From: Flavobacteriaceae bacterium
GTDB lineage: Bacteria > Bacteroidota > Bacteroidia > Flavobacteriales > Flavobacteriaceae
NCBI GenBank assembly: GCA_029243385.1
Contig: JAQWSC010000008.1
Span: forward strand, 45,612 to 109,611
DNA: 64,000 bases
Direction: 5' to 3'
The translations under genes and the position numbers were made by a program. The number at the start of each line of letters is the position of its first letter. The stretch's first letter is position 1. Below, piece after piece: positions 53,118 through 62,498 of this stretch. The notes beneath the pieces are model-generated. The model was given only the letters and a program-made list of their open reading frames with translations. It did not search any database and had not been told where the DNA came from.

Positions 53118-54917
53118 ATGAAGAACGACGCTTTAAAACTTCAAGTTAAAACGCTTCCCAACGAGCCAGGAGTATATCAATATTACAATGATGAGGGTTC
53201 CATTATTTATGTGGGAAAAGCCAAAAACCTCCGCAAACGCGTTGCTTCTTATTTTCAAAAAAACATTCCTTCTAAAAAAACGAGGAATCTTGTTAACAAC
53301 ATCCATACAATAAAACACGTAGTGGTTGCGACCGAATCAGATGCACTTCTACTCGAAAACACCTTAATCAAAGAACACCAGCCCAAGTACAACATCTTAT
53401 TGCGAGACGACAAAACCTATCCTTGGATTTGCATTAAGAAAGAACGCTTTCCAAGAGTGTTTGTAACTCGAAAACTTATCAAAGATGGCTCTGAATATTT
53501 TGGTCCTTTTACAAACTTCAAAACGGTTCGTGTGTTAATGGATCTTATTTCAGAGTTGTATCCTTTACGAACGTGTCATTACGATTTGAGTCAAGACAAA
53601 ATTGAAAACAACAAATACAAAGTATGTTTGGAGTTCCACATAGGCAACTGTCTTGGTGGTTGTGTCGGCAATCAATCGGCAGATGATTACCAAAAGCAAA
53701 TCATTCACATTAGGGAATTGCTTCGTGGAAATTTTAAAAGCGCTAAGCAAGATTTTAAACAAAAAATGATGAGTTTTTCAGAAGGACTGGATTTTGAAAA
53801 CGCACAAAAAATCAAAGAAAAACTAACCCTTTTAGATCAGTATCAGCACAAATCAACTGTGGTTAATGCAACTATTACTAATGTAGATGTCTTTTCCATT
53901 GTTTCGGATCAAACATCGGCTTATGTAAACTTTCTTCAGGTTGCATTTGGTTCTATTGTTCGATTCCACACACTGGAAATACGAAAAAAAATGGACGAGT
54001 CTGACGAAGCTATCCTAGGATTGGCTGCTGTAGAACTGCGACAGCGTTTTAGTTCAGACTCCAAAGAAGTTTTGGCGCCTTTCAATATAGATTTAGGCTC
54101 GTCTGTTAAGGTAATTATCCCTAAAATTGGAGATAAAAAACATTTGCTCGATTTATCAATACGAAATGCGAAAATGGCCCGTTTGGAGCAACTCAAACAG
54201 ATGAAAATTACCGATCCCAATCGTCATGCAGAACGAATTATGGCTCAAATGCAAAAAGATTTGCGTCTTTCAGAACCTCCGCATCATATAGAATGTTTTG
54301 ATAACTCAAACATTCAGGGCACACACCCGGCGGCAGCCTGTGTAGTTTTTAAAGACGGTAAACCCGAAAAAAAATCCTATCGACACTATCATATAAAAAC
54401 GGTTGAAGGTCCGGATGATTTTGCTTCTATGGAAGAAGTTGTTTTTCGTCGCTACAAAAGACTGTTAAATGAAGATGCATCCTTGCCGCAATTGATTGTA
54501 GTTGATGGCGGAAAAGGGCAATTGTCATCAGCCCTCAAAAGCTTAGAGGTTTTGGGACTTCGAGGCAAAATTGCTATTATCGGTATTGCCAAGCGTTTGG
54601 AAGAACTATACTATCCCGACGATCCCATTCCATTGTATTTGGATAAAAAATCAGAAACGCTAAAAATTATTCAGCAACTACGAAATGAAGCCCACCGTTT
54701 TGGAATTGCATTGCACCGAAAAAAAAGAAGCAACACGGCGTTGATTTCTTCCTTAGAAAAAATTGAAGGAATTGGAGAAAAAACCATAATTTCACTTCTC
54801 AAAAGCTTTAAGTCTGTGAAGCGAATACAAGCGGCTCCTTTTGATGAATTAGAAAAACACATTGGTAGTCATAAAGCACAGCTGTTAATTCGCTATTTTA
54901 AGTCCAACTCTGAATAA
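53118..54917 (+). CDS. uvrC: excinuclease ABC subunit C
   Basis: GIY-YIG motif (GVYQYYNDEGSIIYVGKAKNLRKR), a UVR domain and a C-terminal HhH. Confidence 0.92.
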   Translation: MKNDALKLQVKTLPNEPGVYQYYNDEGSIIYVGKAKNLRKRVASYFQKNIPSKKTRNLVNNIHTIKHVVVATESDALLLENTLIKEHQPKYNILLRDDKTYPWICIKKERFPRVFVTRKLIKDGSEYFGPFTNFKTVRVLMDLISELYPLRTCHYDLSQDKIENNKYKVCLEFHIGNCLGGCVGNQSADDYQKQIIHIRELLRGNFKSAKQDFKQKMMSFSEGLDFENAQKIKEKLTLLDQYQHKSTVVNATITNVDVFSIVSDQTSAYVNFLQVAFGSIVRFHTLEIRKKMDESDEAILGLAAVELRQRFSSDSKEVLAPFNIDLGSSVKVIIPKIGDKKHLLDLSIRNAKMARLEQLKQMKITDPNRHAERIMAQMQKDLRLSEPPHHIECFDNSNIQGTHPAAACVVFKDGKPEKKSYRHYHIKTVEGPDDFASMEEVVFRRYKRLLNEDASLPQLIVVDGGKGQLSSALKSLEVLGLRGKIAIIGIAKRLEELYYPDDPIPLYLDKKSETLKIIQQLRNEAHRFGIALHRKKRSNTALISSLEKIEGIGEKTIISLLKSFKSVKRIQAAPFDELEKHIGSHKAQLLIRYFKSNSE

Positions 54918-54919
54918 TA

Positions 54920-57145
54920 ATGCAACGATTCTGTTTTCTTCTTGTGTTTTGTTTTTCGCTATCTCTTTTTGCTCAAGAGCAAAAAGAAAGCGATGTAAAA
55001 GTGGGCGTTTTATTGAGTGGTGGTGGTGCTCGAGGATTGGCTCATGTTGGGGTGTTAAAAGAAATTGAAAAAGCAGGTATCCAGATTGATTACATAGCAG
55101 GAACAAGTATGGGGGCTGTCATTGGAGGGCTATACGCTTCGGGCTATTCGGCTTCTCAAATCGAAGAAATTGTGTTAGCTTTTGACTTAAACGAACTGAT
55201 TACAGACAATTTTCCTAGACGAAGTAAGTCTTTTTTCGAAAAAGAAGCCGCAGAGCGGTATGCACTAACCATTCCTTTTGACGATTTTAAATTTCAGTTT
55301 CCCTCTTCAATATCCAAGGGTGTCAATCTATACGATGAGTTTGTAAAAAAACTGGCGCATGTTCACTCGGTCACTGATTTTAGTGAATTACCAACTCCCT
55401 TTTTTTGTATGGCTACCGATATTGAAACCGGTGAATCTGTATTGTTAGAAAACGGATTTTTACCGCTTGCTTTAAATGCCAGCAGTGCACTTCCCACGTT
55501 GTTTGACCCCATAGAAATCAATGGAAAGCTTTATGTAGATGGAGGTGTGACCAATAATTATCCGATTGATGAACTAAAAGCAAAAGGCGTTGATTATGTG
55601 ATTGGGGTTGACGTACAATCATCGCTTTCAGACCGATCGAAGCTCGTCAGTGCAGCCAATATTTTGATGCAAATCAATCAAATTACTATTACCAACGACA
55701 TTGAAAGAAAACGAACAAAAACCGATTTGTACATTCAGCCTACATTGAATTATTATAGTATTATCTCGTTTAATGATGCCGAAGCTATTATTGACGCTGG
55801 GGAAGCGTCTTCTAAAAAATTTGCTCCCGTTTTAGAGGCGCTTGCGGCTCGTCAAAACACCAAAGCAACTCCAAAAAAACACATTCCGCCAGCAACAGAA
55901 ATTGCGCTTTCTAGCGTTGATTTTAGAGGAAATTCTAAATACGGACAAAACTATCTCAATGGAAAGTTGCGTTTGAAAACTCCAAAAGTATTTTCCTATG
56001 AAAAAATTCAAGATGGCATCAACAACATTGCTGCCACCAAAAATTTTAGACGGTTCCGATATACTTTTGAAAAAGATACTGAAGATTTTTATAAAATGAT
56101 TCTTAATTTGGAAGATCAGCCCTTCGATACTACTATTGGCGTTGGTGTTCATTACGACGATCTTTACAAGAGTAGTGCCCTTATCAACATCTCACAAAAA
56201 CAAATGCTGTTTCAAAACGACTTAGCTTCTTTTGATTTCATTTTAGGAGATAATTTACGATACAAATTCAATTATTATATTGACAAAGGGTTTTATTGGA
56301 GCATTGGACTCGAATCAGAATTTAACCAATTTAGTGCCGACCTAGACAAAAAAGCCTCTTTGATTAATGATCAAGGTGGGCTTGATTTTCAATCTTCGCG
56401 CTTTTTCATCTCTAATCTTTCCAACAGATTTTTTGTAGAAACCTTATTCCGAGAGGAATTTGTTTTTAGGGTGGGTGTTGAACATAAAAAAATCATTATG
56501 CGGTCTTCCGCAGCTATCAATAGTTCTGAACAGTACAATTATTTGGATGACAGTCACTATTACAATGTATATGGGATGTTAAACTTGGATACCCGCGACG
56601 ATATTCATTATCCCTCAAGCGGAGTTTATTTTAAAGGGGATTTTAATCTTTCCTTTGACAGTTCATCAAGTCGTTTTAAAGAAAATCATAGCGTTTTTTC
56701 TATTGCAAAAGCAATGATGGGCTATACTGTGTCAATTGGCAAAAATTATTCTTTTAGTATTTCTGCCAGCGGAGGATTTACTATTGATACTCCTAATAGA
56801 AAAGCTTTAAATTTTATGCTGGGTGGCTATGGAAACCGATTTTTAAACAACATACAACCCTTTTTAGGCTACTTACCGCTTCATACGAATAGCAACAGTT
56901 ATTTAAAAAGTAGTTTTTTGATTGATTATATAATTGGAGGGGATCAACACTTAAAATTGACAGCAAATATCGCCACAACTGGAGATAATGTGTTTCAATC
57001 AGACGACTGGAGAACGATCAAGCATACAGGCTATGCACTTGGATATGGTGTCAACTCATTTTTGGGACCCATAGAACTAACCTATTCCTTTTCTCCAGAA
57101 ATCGAAAAAGGAGTTTGGTACTTCAATTTAGGTTGGTGGTTTTAA
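54920..57145 (+). CDS. patatin-like phospholipase fused to a C-terminal outer-membrane beta-barrel (PlpD/type Vd-like architecture)
   Basis: Signal peptide; oxyanion hole SGGGARG, nucleophile GTSMGA, DGG Asp dyad (YVDGGVTNNYP). The beta-rich C-terminal half ends ...WYFNLGWWF. Confidence 0.8.
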   Translation: MQRFCFLLVFCFSLSLFAQEQKESDVKVGVLLSGGGARGLAHVGVLKEIEKAGIQIDYIAGTSMGAVIGGLYASGYSASQIEEIVLAFDLNELITDNFPRRSKSFFEKEAAERYALTIPFDDFKFQFPSSISKGVNLYDEFVKKLAHVHSVTDFSELPTPFFCMATDIETGESVLLENGFLPLALNASSALPTLFDPIEINGKLYVDGGVTNNYPIDELKAKGVDYVIGVDVQSSLSDRSKLVSAANILMQINQITITNDIERKRTKTDLYIQPTLNYYSIISFNDAEAIIDAGEASSKKFAPVLEALAARQNTKATPKKHIPPATEIALSSVDFRGNSKYGQNYLNGKLRLKTPKVFSYEKIQDGINNIAATKNFRRFRYTFEKDTEDFYKMILNLEDQPFDTTIGVGVHYDDLYKSSALINISQKQMLFQNDLASFDFILGDNLRYKFNYYIDKGFYWSIGLESEFNQFSADLDKKASLINDQGGLDFQSSRFFISNLSNRFFVETLFREEFVFRVGVEHKKIIMRSSAAINSSEQYNYLDDSHYYNVYGMLNLDTRDDIHYPSSGVYFKGDFNLSFDSSSSRFKENHSVFSIAKAMMGYTVSIGKNYSFSISASGGFTIDTPNRKALNFMLGGYGNRFLNNIQPFLGYLPLHTNSNSYLKSSFLIDYIIGGDQHLKLTANIATTGDNVFQSDDWRTIKHTGYALGYGVNSFLGPIELTYSFSPEIEKGVWYFNLGWWF

Positions 57146-57219
57146 TGATAACTGAAAGGGGGTATGATTTGGAACGATATTTGTCATACAAAAATTCAGT
57201 AAGTTGAAAATCTATTTAG

Positions 57220-57227
57220 TATTTTTG
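57220..57227 (+). promoter_or_regulatory. candidate -7 box (TATTTTTG) for the DUF3108 gene
   Basis: 8 nt upstream of ATG 57236. Confidence 0.3.
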
Positions 57228-57235
57228 TTGCGATT

Positions 57236-58066
57236 ATGTGTTATATTAAAAAGGAAGTTTTTGGGATATTATTGCTAGGCATGCTAGCCTATGGACAACC
57301 CAAAGACACTGCACAGAAACCAACTAACATTACTCTTAAAGAAACCTCAAACGAAGCTTTTGCTGGTGGCGAATGGTTTCAATTTCGAATTCATTACGGA
57401 TTTATCAACGCCAGCTTTGCCTCTCTCTCTTTGGAAGAAAAAGAATTCAATGGAGAGCCCGTTTTTCACGCAGTTGGATTGGGAAGAACCGTAGGCTTTG
57501 CACGTTGGTTTTTTAAAGTTGAAGACCGGTATGAAAGTTATTTCAAAAAAGATTTAGTAAGTCCTGTTCACTTTATTCGCGATATCGACGAAGGAGGTTA
57601 TACAAAAGACGTTACGATTGATTTTGATAAATCCAATCAAATAGCCAACGTCCATGACAAAAAAAGAAATACGCGCGCTAGTTTTTCTACAAAACCCAAC
57701 TTTCAAGATTTAATTTCCGCATTCTATTACCTAAGAAATCATTTTGATACAACAGGAATTAAAAAAGGAGACTATGTGTCGATTAATATGTTTTTTGATA
57801 ATGAAAACTTCAAATTCAAGCTTAAATTTTTAGGGCATGAAACCATAAAAAGTAAATTTGGGAAAATAAAATGTCTCAAATTGCGCCCTTACGTTCAATC
57901 GGGTAGAGTATTTAGAGAAAGTGAAAGTCTTACCTTATGGGTTAGTAACGATAAAAACAAATTGCCCGTAAAGGTTAGAGCCGATTTAGCCGTAGGTTCT
58001 ATTGATGCTGATTTGCATGCCTTCAAAGGGTTAAAGCATCCTTTTTTAATTGAAATTGATGATTAG
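57236..58066 (+). CDS. DUF3108-like secreted protein
   Basis: GEWFQFRIHYGFINASFASL..., beta-rich with a signal peptide. Family assigned from memory. Confidence 0.6.
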   Translation: MCYIKKEVFGILLLGMLAYGQPKDTAQKPTNITLKETSNEAFAGGEWFQFRIHYGFINASFASLSLEEKEFNGEPVFHAVGLGRTVGFARWFFKVEDRYESYFKKDLVSPVHFIRDIDEGGYTKDVTIDFDKSNQIANVHDKKRNTRASFSTKPNFQDLISAFYYLRNHFDTTGIKKGDYVSINMFFDNENFKFKLKFLGHETIKSKFGKIKCLKLRPYVQSGRVFRESESLTLWVSNDKNKLPVKVRADLAVGSIDADLHAFKGLKHPFLIEIDD

Positions 58067-59324
58067 AAGAAAAGAAAATTACAGCCTACTTTTATTGGGT
58101 GCCTTAATCTTTTTGTGTTCCTGTGGAAAAAAGAAACATACACAAACTGAAGCTCCTCAAAAACCAAAAATCATAAAAGAATTTGGGTTTAAGCTCAATG
58201 ATTATGATGTGACTCGTGATACCATTCAAAGAGGCGACACCTTTGGAACATTGCTCGAAAAAAATGACCTTTATTACCCCCTCATTTTTGAAATAACCAC
58301 TGCCGCTAAAAAGGCATTCAATATCCGTAAAATACAAGTTGGAAAACAACTTACCATCCTAAGGTCTACAGATTCTTTACGGTCACCAAAAGCCATTATT
58401 TATCAACCCAACAAAATTGACTATGTGGTCATTCACATGGAAGATTCTATTTGGGCAGAAAAAAAACAAAAACCTGTAAAACTTGTAGCGTTTGAAGCCG
58501 AAGGAGTTATTGAAAGCTCCCTTTCTCAAACCCTTGATCAACAAGGATTGAGTCAATTAATTTCGTTGGACTTGTCCGATATTTATGCTTGGTCAATTGA
58601 TTTTTTTAGGCTCGAAAAAGGAGATCGTTTTAAGGTTATTTATACTCAAAAATACGTCGATGACTCCATATTTGTTGGCTACAATCGAATTCATGCTGCA
58701 TATTTTGAACATCGGAAAACACCTTACTACGCCATTGAATTTGAATCGAATCCTGAAAAAGGAATCACAGAATATTTTGATGAAAAAGGCAAAAATCTAA
58801 GACGCGCTTTTTTGCAAGCTCCCGTTCAATTTAGTCGAATTTCCTCTCGATACAACAAACGTAGAAAAATTGCCTATTACGGAAGAGTTCGCCCGCACTA
58901 CGGAACTGATTTTGCAGCTCCTGTTGGAACGCCCATTCGAACTACAGCCAACGGAACCGTCGTAAAATCAAGCTACACGCGTGGAAATGGAAATTATGTT
59001 ACCGTAAAACACAACGCAACCTATAGCACTCAATACCTGCACATGAAGAAAAGAAAAGTACGTGTAGGTGATTATGTTAATCAAGGAGATGTAATTGGAA
59101 CCGTTGGAATGACTGGAAATACCTCAGGACCTCACGTTTGTTACCGTTTTTGGAAAAATGGCAAACAAGTTGATCCTTTTCGGCAAAAATTACCAGAAGC
59201 CAAGCCTATATCTTCTGAGCTCAAAGAAAAGTATCTTACCTATATGGAACCTTATAAAGAAGCTTTGGACTGTATTGAGTTTCAATATCCAATAATGTAT
59301 GATACCTTTGCGATCAATAATTAA
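58059..59324 (+). CDS. M23 family metallopeptidase lipoprotein
   Basis: Lipobox LIFLCSC; HxxxD in HYGTDFAAPVGTPI; GNTSGPHVCYRF. The track start at 58050 is TTG; the ATG at 58059 overlaps the upstream stop (ATGATTAG). Confidence 0.8.
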   Translation: MIRRKENYSLLLLGALIFLCSCGKKKHTQTEAPQKPKIIKEFGFKLNDYDVTRDTIQRGDTFGTLLEKNDLYYPLIFEITTAAKKAFNIRKIQVGKQLTILRSTDSLRSPKAIIYQPNKIDYVVIHMEDSIWAEKKQKPVKLVAFEAEGVIESSLSQTLDQQGLSQLISLDLSDIYAWSIDFFRLEKGDRFKVIYTQKYVDDSIFVGYNRIHAAYFEHRKTPYYAIEFESNPEKGITEYFDEKGKNLRRAFLQAPVQFSRISSRYNKRRKIAYYGRVRPHYGTDFAAPVGTPIRTTANGTVVKSSYTRGNGNYVTVKHNATYSTQYLHMKKRKVRVGDYVNQGDVIGTVGMTGNTSGPHVCYRFWKNGKQVDPFRQKLPEAKPISSELKEKYLTYMEPYKEALDCIEFQYPIMYDTFAINN

Positions 59325-59333
59325 AAACCAATA

Positions 59334-60977
59334 ATGGCATTACCAACTATAAATCCCACAACCACCAATGCGTGGAAAAATTTAGAACACCATTTTTCTG
59401 AAATGAAATCGGTTCATATGGCTGATTTATTTGGGAAAAACCCAAAAAGAGCCGACCAATTCAGCTTGAAGTGGAAAGATTTTTATGTGGATTATTCTAA
59501 AAACAGAATCAACGACACCACTTTTAATTTATTAATGGATCTTGCCAAAGAATGCCAATTGGCGGAAGCTATAAAAAAATATTTCGGAGGAGATACTATC
59601 AATGCTACCGAAGGTCGAGCAGTACTTCATACAGCGTTACGCGAATCTAAAAGCGGTACCGTTAATGTGGACGGCAAAAACGTTGTCCCAGAAGTTCATG
59701 CTGTAAAAGCAGCCATGAGATCCTTTAGCGAAGGTGTTATTTCGGGAACAACCAAAGGGCATACGGGTAAAGCCTTTACAGATGTTGTTAATATTGGAAT
59801 TGGTGGCTCTGACTTAGGCCCTGCCATGGTTACTGAAGCACTTGCTTACTATAAAAATCACTTGAACGTTCACTTTGTATCCAACGTAGATGGAGACCAT
59901 GTTCATGAAGTATTAAAAAACATAAACCCAGAAACTACACTGTTTGTTGTTGTGTCTAAAACTTTTACAACTCAAGAAACACTCTCCAATGCTACTACCA
60001 TCAAAAAATGGTTGGTCGATCAATTGGGAAGTGAAGCTGTAGCATCTCATTTCGCTGCGGTTTCTACCAATTTACCCAACATTGAAGCCTTTGGTATTCA
60101 TTTAGACAATGTATTTCCAATGAATGATTGGGTAGGTGGGCGATTTTCCTTGTGGAGTGCCGTTGGGCTTTCTATTTGCTTAGCGGTAGGTCCAGACAAT
60201 TTTGAAGCATTGCTAGAAGGTGCCCATGAAATGGACCTTCACTTTAAAAACAGTCCTTTCGAACAAAATACTCCTGTAATTTTGGCAATGATCAGTATTT
60301 GGTACAACAACTTTTTTGATGCTGAAAGCGAAGCCATTATCCCTTATACTCAATACCTCCACAGATTTGCTGCTTATCTTCAACAGGGAATCATGGAAAG
60401 CAACGGAAAAAGTGTTGATCGAAATGGAAACCCTGTAGATTATCAAACAGGGACTTTGATTTGGGGAGAACATGGAACCAATTCACAACATGCCTTTTTT
60501 CAATTGATTCATCAAGGAACTAAACTCATCCCTGCGGATTTTATTGGATATAAAAAATCCCTTCATGGAGATACCGATCATCACCAAAAACTCATGGCAA
60601 ATTTCTTTGCACAAACAGAGGCCTTGATGACTGGTAAGTCGGAAAGTCAAGTTCGAGAAGAACTTGCGGATAAGGTAAAATCTCCCAAAGACATAGACAC
60701 ACTTACTCCATTCAAAATATTTGAGGGCAACAAACCCACAAACACCCTTTTGATTGATCGACTTACTCCATCATCTCTAGGTGCTTTGATTGCTCTTTAT
60801 GAGCATAAGATTTTTGTGCAAGGAATTATTTGGAATATCTATAGCTACGACCAGTGGGGTGTGGAATTGGGCAAACAATTAGCGACAACGATTCTTACTG
60901 ATATTGTTTCTACAAAAATTCAAAAACACGATGCATCTACTACTGCACTGCTAAATGATTTTAAAAAAAGTCAGTAA
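59334..60977 (+). CDS. pgi: glucose-6-phosphate isomerase
   Basis: [26 protein letters not shown]. Confidence 0.92.
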   Translation: MALPTINPTTTNAWKNLEHHFSEMKSVHMADLFGKNPKRADQFSLKWKDFYVDYSKNRINDTTFNLLMDLAKECQLAEAIKKYFGGDTINATEGRAVLHTALRESKSGTVNVDGKNVVPEVHAVKAAMRSFSEGVISGTTKGHTGKAFTDVVNIGIGGSDLGPAMVTEALAYYKNHLNVHFVSNVDGDHVHEVLKNINPETTLFVVVSKTFTTQETLSNATTIKKWLVDQLGSEAVASHFAAVSTNLPNIEAFGIHLDNVFPMNDWVGGRFSLWSAVGLSICLAVGPDNFEALLEGAHEMDLHFKNSPFEQNTPVILAMISIWYNNFFDAESEAIIPYTQYLHRFAAYLQQGIMESNGKSVDRNGNPVDYQTGTLIWGEHGTNSQHAFFQLIHQGTKLIPADFIGYKKSLHGDTDHHQKLMANFFAQTEALMTGKSESQVREELADKVKSPKDIDTLTPFKIFEGNKPTNTLLIDRLTPSSLGALIALYEHKIFVQGIIWNIYSYDQWGVELGKQLATTILTDIVSTKIQKHDASTTALLNDFKKSQ

Positions 60978-61038
60978 TATCGTTTGGAAAAAACGCAAGC
61001 TATTTAAAATACTGACTCTTTTTAATGAGAAATTCCTA

Positions 61039-61046
61039 TATATTTG
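61039..61046 (+). promoter_or_regulatory. candidate -7 box (TATATTTG) for the nuclease gene
   Basis: TATATTTG-ATAC-ATG, 4 nt before ATG 61051. Confidence 0.3.
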
Positions 61047-61050
61047 ATAC

Positions 61051-62382
61051 ATGAATAAACTCTTTTTTTCAGCATTAATGATGTTTTTAATCAGTTGTAA
61101 TTCTGAGGATGGAGATTCAGGCAACGAAGTCGTCCCTGTAGCAAAAAATGATTTTGTGTCAATTGTTGAGGATACACCCACAAAACTAAACAACCTACTT
61201 TCTAATGATGAAACCTCAAGCGACACTTCCGTGACTTCATTTGATGCCTCATCAGAAAAAGGCGGGAGCTTAGTGAAACACTCCGATAACAGTTATACCT
61301 TCGCTCCTCCAGGTTCTTTTGTAGGTACCGATACTTTCAGCTATACCTTGTGTGATACAAAAAATCCGCCCAATTGCTCAACTGCTACAGTTACCTTAGA
61401 AGTTACGGACCAAGGAAGTCCCATTGCCAAAAACGATGCAGTCAATGCTGTAACAAATAAAGAAACCATTTTTAAAAAACTCCTACAAAACGACACTCTT
61501 ACCGATGATGCTCAAATGGTTTCGATAGACAGTTCTTCATCCACCGGAACTGTGGTCTTGCAAGAAGACAAAACAATTTCGTACACACCAATAGCTAACT
61601 TTGAGGGAGCAGATTCCTTTACCTATACAATTTGTGATGATGATTCGCCCAATCCCACTTGTGTTACTGCTACTGTCGCTATTACAGTTGTGGATGCTAT
61701 TGCTTTCAACATTCCAGCTGATTTACTTTATTATTATGGAGATATGATATTTACCACGAATACTTCAAACAACCTATCGGCTTTAAAAAATGTAACTCAA
61801 TCAAAACATACAACCATTTTGTCTTACACGCAAAGGCATAATTATTTGTACGACGCCGATCAAGACCCTATAAACCCCAACAATGTCGTATTAATATACT
61901 CTGGAGAAAGTCGCTTTTGGAGAGAATACACATCCCCCTCCAACTCCTATGGAACACAGACATTTAATACCGAACATGTATATCCAAGGTCATTGCTTTC
62001 CGACGAGATGGCCGAAACCGACATGCATCACCTTCGCTCCTGTGATTCGGGGATAAACTCCGATAGAAGCAATCGAAAATTTGTTGATGGTTCGGGAAGC
62101 TATAAAAAATCGGGAAGCGGATGGTACCCAGGTAATGAATGGAAAGGAGATGTCGCTAGAATGGTTTTTTATCTAAACATTCGTTACGGAGAAAGCATCT
62201 CAGATGTTAGTTCACTCAGTACTTTGCTAAAGTGGAATATTGAAGATCCTGTTTCTGAAATCGAAAAAAACAGGAACAGTATTATTGAATCTGCACAAGG
62301 AAATAGAAACCCCTTTATTGATAACCCTTATTTAGTAACGCTTTCTTGGGGTGGAATACCTGCTGAAAACAGGTGGAATTAA
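61051..62382 (+). CDS. lipoprotein endonuclease I family nuclease with two N-terminal Ig/cadherin-like repeats
   Basis: Lipobox FLISC; endonuclease I-like FNTEHVYPRS and GNRNPFIDNP in the C-terminal half. Confidence 0.75.
   Translation: MNKLFFSALMMFLISCNSEDGDSGNEVVPVAKNDFVSIVEDTPTKLNNLLSNDETSSDTSVTSFDASSEKGGSLVKHSDNSYTFAPPGSFVGTDTFSYTLCDTKNPPNCSTATVTLEVTDQGSPIAKNDAVNAVTNKETIFKKLLQNDTLTDDAQMVSIDSSSSTGTVVLQEDKTISYTPIANFEGADSFTYTICDDDSPNPTCVTATVAITVVDAIAFNIPADLLYYYGDMIFTTNTSNNLSALKNVTQSKHTTILSYTQRHNYLYDADQDPINPNNVVLIYSGESRFWREYTSPSNSYGTQTFNTEHVYPRSLLSDEMAETDMHHLRSCDSGINSDRSNRKFVDGSGSYKKSGSGWYPGNEWKGDVARMVFYLNIRYGESISDVSSLSTLLKWNIEDPVSEIEKNRNSIIESAQGNRNPFIDNPYLVTLSWGGIPAENRWN
61135..61695 (+). 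repeat. tandem duplication of an approximately 92-aa Ig/cadherin-like module inside the nuclease gene
   Basis: Repeat 1 is aa 29-120 (VAKNDFVSIVEDT...TDTFSYTLCDTKNPPNCSTATVTLEVTD). Repeat 2 is aa 124-215 (IAKNDAVNAVTNK...ADSFTYTICDDDSPNPTCVTATVAITVVD). Confidence 0.75.
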
Positions 62383-62498
62383 GTCCTATTTTTCACGATC
62401 AATCTTATTTTTATAACAATTTATGATGTTATGTTAATGTTTTGTTAAAAAAAATATTCGATATTTGTATTATTAAAATTTTAACAAAACTAAAACTA

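Noticed and set aside
62442-62487. 9-bp inverted repeat TTGTTAAAA...TTTTAACAA upstream of the second TonB receptor, considered as a Fur-type or other operator.
   Set aside because: It is entirely A/T in a very AT-rich spacer with a 28-nt gap and no resemblance to a Fur box, so a chance occurrence is plausible.
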